64,000 bases of DNA, taken from assembly GCA_005878095.1 (NCBI GenBank), contig VBNH01000072.1, positions 20,553-84,552 of the forward strand, read 5' to 3'. The notes beneath the pieces were generated by a model. The model was not told where the DNA came from. It did not search any database and was given only the letters and a program-made list of their open reading frames with translations. Of the stretch, positions 60,957-64,000 are shown piece after piece (position 1 is the first letter of the stretch; the number at the start of each line of letters is the position of its first letter). The DNA is from Gammaproteobacteria bacterium. Its GTDB lineage: Bacteria; Pseudomonadota; Gammaproteobacteria; Steroidobacterales; Steroidobacteraceae. Position numbers and translations under genes: made by a program.

Positions 60957-61892
60957 CTACCCGATCGAGCCGGTCACCCGATCCCGACGCCTAGTACTCT
61001 CTGCGTCGCCGTACTCTCTGCGTCGCCGCAGGAAGCCCAGCAAGAGCTCGTTGAACACCCGAGGGCGCTCGAGCATCGGCGAGTGTCCGCACTGCGGGAT
61101 CGTCTGGAGGTGGAGGGTGTCGAGCGCGCGCGCCCACAGCTTCCAATATTCGACCGGCGTCACCCGGTCGTTCTCGCCCCAGGCCAAAAGGACCGGACAC
61201 CGTATCTCCGGGAGAATGTCCTCGAGCGGGTACTCGCGGCTTGCTTTGAGGGCGCGCACGGCGTTGGCGAAGTGGTGCCGCTCCGAGAGCACGTCGGCGG
61301 TCCGCCGGATCATGTCCTCGGTCGCGCGGCTGGGATCGTGAAACAGGTTCTCCACGAGCCGCAAGACAAACTCCCGCGATATTTGGCGCGGGGTCCCGAT
61401 CGCCAGGTTGATCTCCGGTTCGAGCCCCGGTGCGCCGCTCACCACCAGCGAGTCCACCCGCTGCGGGTAATGACGGGCAAAATCCAGCGCCACGAGCCCA
61501 CCCAGGGAGTTGCCGCACAGCGTGCAGCGCTCCACCGCGTGTTCGTCCAGCACGGCGCACAGGGCGGGGCGCAGATCTTCGATTCCGCCTGAACGCCAGT
61601 CGAGGACCGCGAGCGGATCGAGCAACCGGATGACGCCGAACCCCTCCGCGCGGAGGCGAGCGCTCGTAGACTCCCAGAGCCACTCGCCGGCGAAGAGCCC
61701 GGGCAACAGCGCGACCGAGGCTTTCGTCCGGGAGGAGGGAGCGTAGTCGTATCGGAACCCCGCAGGCTCGATCCCTGCTGCGGGTAACAAGTCAGGCACG
61801 GTAGATGTGACGTCCGGCTCAAGGTTTGAGTCGGCGCAGGTGTTGTTGGTCACGGAAAAGGCCGCGGTGACCGTGTTGCCAACAGTGGCCAC
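60957..61892 (-). CDS. alpha/beta hydrolase (MhpC/BioH-like fold); C-terminus altered by a 17-bp duplication
   Basis: Nucleophile elbow GNSLGG, VSGAPG, GENDRVTP, and the catalytic His in QCGHSPMLE. The GTG start at 61892 is uncertain. Confidence 0.75.
   Translation of the reverse strand: MATVGNTVTAAFSVTNNTCADSNLEPDVTSTVPDLLPAAGIEPAGFRYDYAPSSRTKASVALLPGLFAGEWLWESTSARLRAEGFGVIRLLDPLAVLDWRSGGIEDLRPALCAVLDEHAVERCTLCGNSLGGLVALDFARHYPQRVDSLVVSGAPGLEPEINLAIGTPRQISREFVLRLVENLFHDPSRATEDMIRRTADVLSERHHFANAVRALKASREYPLEDILPEIRCPVLLAWGENDRVTPVEYWKLWARALDTLHLQTIPQCGHSPMLERPRVFNELLLGFLRRRREYGDAESTRRRDRVTGSIG
60994..61027. repeat. perfect 17-bp tandem duplication (GTACTCTCTGCGTCGCC x2) inside the 3' end of the hydrolase gene
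   Basis: Units at 60994-61010 and 61011-61027. An out-of-frame TAG (60993..60991 on the minus strand) directly follows. Confidence 0.95.
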
Positions 61893-61927
61893 ATCGGGTT
61901 CGGTCGGTTGGAGGTGGAATCAATCTA

Positions 61928-62007
61928 ACGGTTGCGGCACGAGGAGAACATCGGGTGAAAACAGGAACGCACGATCGTCAAATCCCGTAGCGGGCCAGCG
62001 TCAAATG
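61928..62007 (-). promoter_or_regulatory. conserved ~80-nt upstream module, copy 1 (two ATTTGACG direct repeats 23 nt apart)
   Basis: Minus-strand reading: CATTTGACGCTGGCCCGCTACGGGATTTGACGATCGTGCGTTCCTGTTTTCACCCGATGTTCTCCTCGTGCCGCAACCGT. It lies directly upstream of hydrolase gene 60957..61892 and is about three-quarters identical by eye to 63221-63301. Confidence 0.6.
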
Positions 62008-62056
62008 CCTGCCGATATCATCGCAAAGCGATGACACTCGTCCCTACGATGAGATC

Positions 62057-63115
62057 TCATTGGAGTGCGTGTGCGCCTCGTCGCGGGCTCGCACCGCCGG
62101 CGACCGAAGGGCCGATCATGGCGAGGATCTCCTCTACCAGCGTCCTCCCAAAGAGAAATGCCGTTCTGTGTCCCGCCGGGAGCCACCGGATCGGCGGCTG
62201 GCCGTGCGTCTGCCAGAGCTCCTCCGTAAATTTGCGCGGCAGGAGGAGGTCGTACCGGGCATTGAGCATCAGCAGGCGGCGCGCCTGGCTCCGTCCGGCG
62301 TAGGAGGTGGGATTTCCCGCGGCCCACAGGGCGGCGAGCCTGGAGCGCGTCATCCCCCGCGCCTCCATGGCCCGACGGTACGCCTGGGTGAGCGGGCTTT
62401 CCCACACGATCCCCGCGACGTCTCCCCCCGCGATCACGGAAACTCCCAAGTCCAGAGGCTCGAGGGCCATGAGGACGTGGGCGAGAACCCCGCCGAGGCT
62501 GAACCCCACCACACCCACCGGCGCGCCGCGCCCGCGCAGCAAGCTCAGAGCGGCGCGGCTATCGACGACGGCCTGTCGGAAGGCGGCCGCGGTCCAGAGA
62601 GGGTCGCCTGAAAGGAAGCAGCCCCCGCTCGGCGTCCCCCGCAGCGCTCGCTCCCAGTGAAACGGTAGGGACATGAGCGCGGCGCTCACGCCCTGGCCCG
62701 CCAGACCCCGGCAGAACCGGTCTTCGAACCATCGGTCCTGGCGCCAGATTCCGGGCAGGACGAGGAGAGCAAAGCGGGAGCGATGATGATGGGCGGGACG
62801 GTAAAAGCGAACCGCGACCCGGTCATTCGCAGCGATCCCCAAGGGGACCGTGCTCGAGAATGCCAGCTGCTCGATCGCGAGCCCGTCGGCTTCATCGAGT
62901 TTCTCCCGGACTTCGGGACGGACGGGCGGCGGGGGCGGGTAAAAGCGGCTCGGCTCCCTGAGCGCCAGGGGATCCAGGCAGGCCGTCTCGGAGAGAGGGC
63001 TGGCGCCCGGTGCCGCCAGCGCCGGCGAGGGGATCCGGCGAGCCCCGACGCGGTCGCACCACTCGCAGAGCCTGCGCCAAAGCCCGCCGTCCAGCCTGGC
63101 TGCGTTGGGGCACAT
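62057..63115 (-). CDS. alpha/beta hydrolase family protein
   Basis: Nucleophile elbow GFSLGG, a Pro-rich N-terminal segment, and HRTAF near the C-terminus. Start uncertain: ATG 63115, or TTG 63133 as in the track. Confidence 0.7.
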   Translation of the reverse strand: MCPNAARLDGGLWRRLCEWCDRVGARRIPSPALAAPGASPLSETACLDPLALREPSRFYPPPPPVRPEVREKLDEADGLAIEQLAFSSTVPLGIAANDRVAVRFYRPAHHHRSRFALLVLPGIWRQDRWFEDRFCRGLAGQGVSAALMSLPFHWERALRGTPSGGCFLSGDPLWTAAAFRQAVVDSRAALSLLRGRGAPVGVVGFSLGGVLAHVLMALEPLDLGVSVIAGGDVAGIVWESPLTQAYRRAMEARGMTRSRLAALWAAGNPTSYAGRSQARRLLMLNARYDLLLPRKFTEELWQTHGQPPIRWLPAGHRTAFLFGRTLVEEILAMIGPSVAGGASPRRGAHALQ

Positions 63116-63220
63116 CGAATCAATCCGCAGCAAGGCAGATCGTCACTCAACCTGAACGGCGTATCCCGGGGTCGCGATCATCGTCTGCTTTCTTCCGCCA
63201 GTTGCGATTGCGGTGAGCCT

Positions 63221-63301
63221 ACGGTTGCGGCGAGAGGAGAACAATCCGGTAAAAACGCCAAAGCGCGAGCGTCAAATCCCGTAAGTGGCCCACGTCAAAT
63301 T
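63221..63301 (-). promoter_or_regulatory. conserved ~80-nt upstream module, copy 2
   Basis: Minus-strand reading: AATTTGACGTGGGCCACTTACGGGATTTGACGCTCGCGCTTTGGCGTTTTTACCGGATTGTTCTCCTCTCGCCGCAACCGT. It lies about 90-105 nt upstream of hydrolase gene 62057..63115/63133. Confidence 0.6.
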
Positions 63302-63429
63302 CCACAGTTGCGATGAAGAACCTGCGCTCCATCGAAGGTGCACGCGAAGTTGGCTCGAGGACGGTGGCTGCGAGAGCGGCCGGAAATGTTATGTTGCCGT
63401 TTGTTGCCGCGGCAGGCGGCGCCTTGGCG

Positions 63430-63474
63430 CCATATCAGCGGGGCCGCCATATCAGCGGGGCCATATCAGCGGGG
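63430..63474. repeat. three copies of CCATATCAGCGGGG (63430-43, 63447-60, 63461-74)
   Basis: Read directly. Spacing is 17 then 14 nt, ending 73 nt upstream of the ribB start. Confidence 0.9.
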
Positions 63475-63547
63475 AGGGAGTTGGTACGCGCCGTGCGCCG
63501 GCGAGTGCTCGGGTATACTGACGGGCCGTATCACCCGGCCGCGCACC

Positions 63548-64000
63548 ATGTCCAAGATCCTGCCACTGACCGGTAAGGGCGCACCCGCACCCCAGGCGCC
63601 GGCGCTCAATTCCGTCGCGGAGATTCTCGCCGAGCTGCGCGCCGGCCGCCTGGTCGTCATCATGGACGATGAGGATCGCGAGAACGAGGGCGATCTCATC
63701 ATGGCCGCCGAGCGCGTGACGCCCGAAGCGGTCGCCTTCATGATCCGCCACACGAGCGGCATCATCTGCGTGCCGATGGAGGAGCAGCACCTGGCGCGTC
63801 TGGAGCTGCCGCAGATGGTGCCGGTGAACGACCAACAGCAGCGCACCGCCTTCACCGTGTCGGTGGATGTGCGCGCCGGCACCACCACCGGCGTGTCCTC
63901 GGCCGACCGCGCGGCGACCATCCGCGCGCTCGCGGCCGAGGCCTCGGTGGCCGGCGATTTCGCCCGGCCGGGGCACATTTTCCCGCTGCGCTCGCGCCGC
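63548..64000 (+). CDS. ribB: 3,4-dihydroxy-2-butanone-4-phosphate synthase (RibB; probably the N-terminal domain of bifunctional RibBA), partial, runs off the window end
   Basis: Not in the ORF track. My translation from ATG 63548: MSKILPLTGKG...VAEILAELRAGRLVVIMDDEDRENEGDLIMAAERVTPEAVAFMIRHTSGIICVPM...RTAFTVSVD...GTTTGVSSADRA...FARPGHIFPL, the canonical RibB motifs. Confidence 0.9.
   Translation, partial: MSKILPLTGKGAPAPQAPALNSVAEILAELRAGRLVVIMDDEDRENEGDLIMAAERVTPEAVAFMIRHTSGIICVPMEEQHLARLELPQMVPVNDQQQRTAFTVSVDVRAGTTTGVSSADRAATIRALAAEASVAGDFARPGHIFPLRSRR

Noticed and set aside
63430-63474. Short tandem repeats (also 25176-25209, 46396-46421, 60994-61027) as a CRISPR array
   Set aside because: The units are contiguous, or separated by 0-3 nt, with no spacers of ~30 nt. 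There are only 2-3 copies and no cas genes.
63302-63547. Expected FMN (RFN) riboswitch upstream of ribB
   Set aside because: I looked for the conserved GGGCGGGGUGAAAUUCCCCACCGGCGGU and CCGACGGU..AGUCCGGAUG cores on the + strand and did not find them. cmsearch with RF00050 would be decisive.

Overview
High-GC (probably gammaproteobacterial) chromosome segment. Most of it is conserved housekeeping genes in familiar order: queA-tgt-yajC-secDF; suhB/trmJ-iscS-iscA; ndk-rlmN-pilW-rodZ-hisS-yfgM-bamB-der; guaBA/xseA; tadA/mltF; purL; ettA; glyA-nrdR-ribD-ribE...ribB. I read four accessory or unusual patches directly from the sequence. (1) 1-3.2 kb holds a truncated solo IS1341-type tnpB that is not in the ORF track, a higBA toxin-antitoxin pair, a Sir2/CobB deacylase, and a tRNA-Leu(CAA) gene split by a 238-nt IC3 group I intron. 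That intron appears to have a C-G pair rather than the usual U-G wobble at its 5' splice site. (2) 32.8-33.1 kb holds tRNA-Ser(CGA) followed by a perfect 55-bp repeat of its 3' end plus flank, bracketing a 109-bp hairpin-rich insert. (3) 14.8-16.3 kb encodes a cysteine desulfurase fused to a degenerate IscU-like domain, in an isc locus lacking iscR/iscU/hscBA/fdx. (4) 50.1-63.5 kb is a ~13.5-kb block of 13 co-directional genes wedged between riboflavin synthase and ribB. It carries an uncharacterised type II PKS/FAS-like lipid cluster plus its own histidine kinase and NarL-type regulator: acyl-AMP ligase, ACP, KS plus a Cys-less KS partner, hotdog dehydratase, crotonase, two MDR reductases, an extra FabF and two alpha/beta hydrolases. 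Two paralogous upstream modules sit in front of the hydrolase genes. I consider this block the best candidate for an undescribed system. Several perfect 13-17 bp tandem micro-duplications occur, and one of them frameshifts a gene end. No rRNA or CRISPR array is present. The many long opposite-strand or out-of-frame ORFs in the track are GC-driven shadows of real genes. All calls come from reading the sequence and recalling family motifs; no searches were run.
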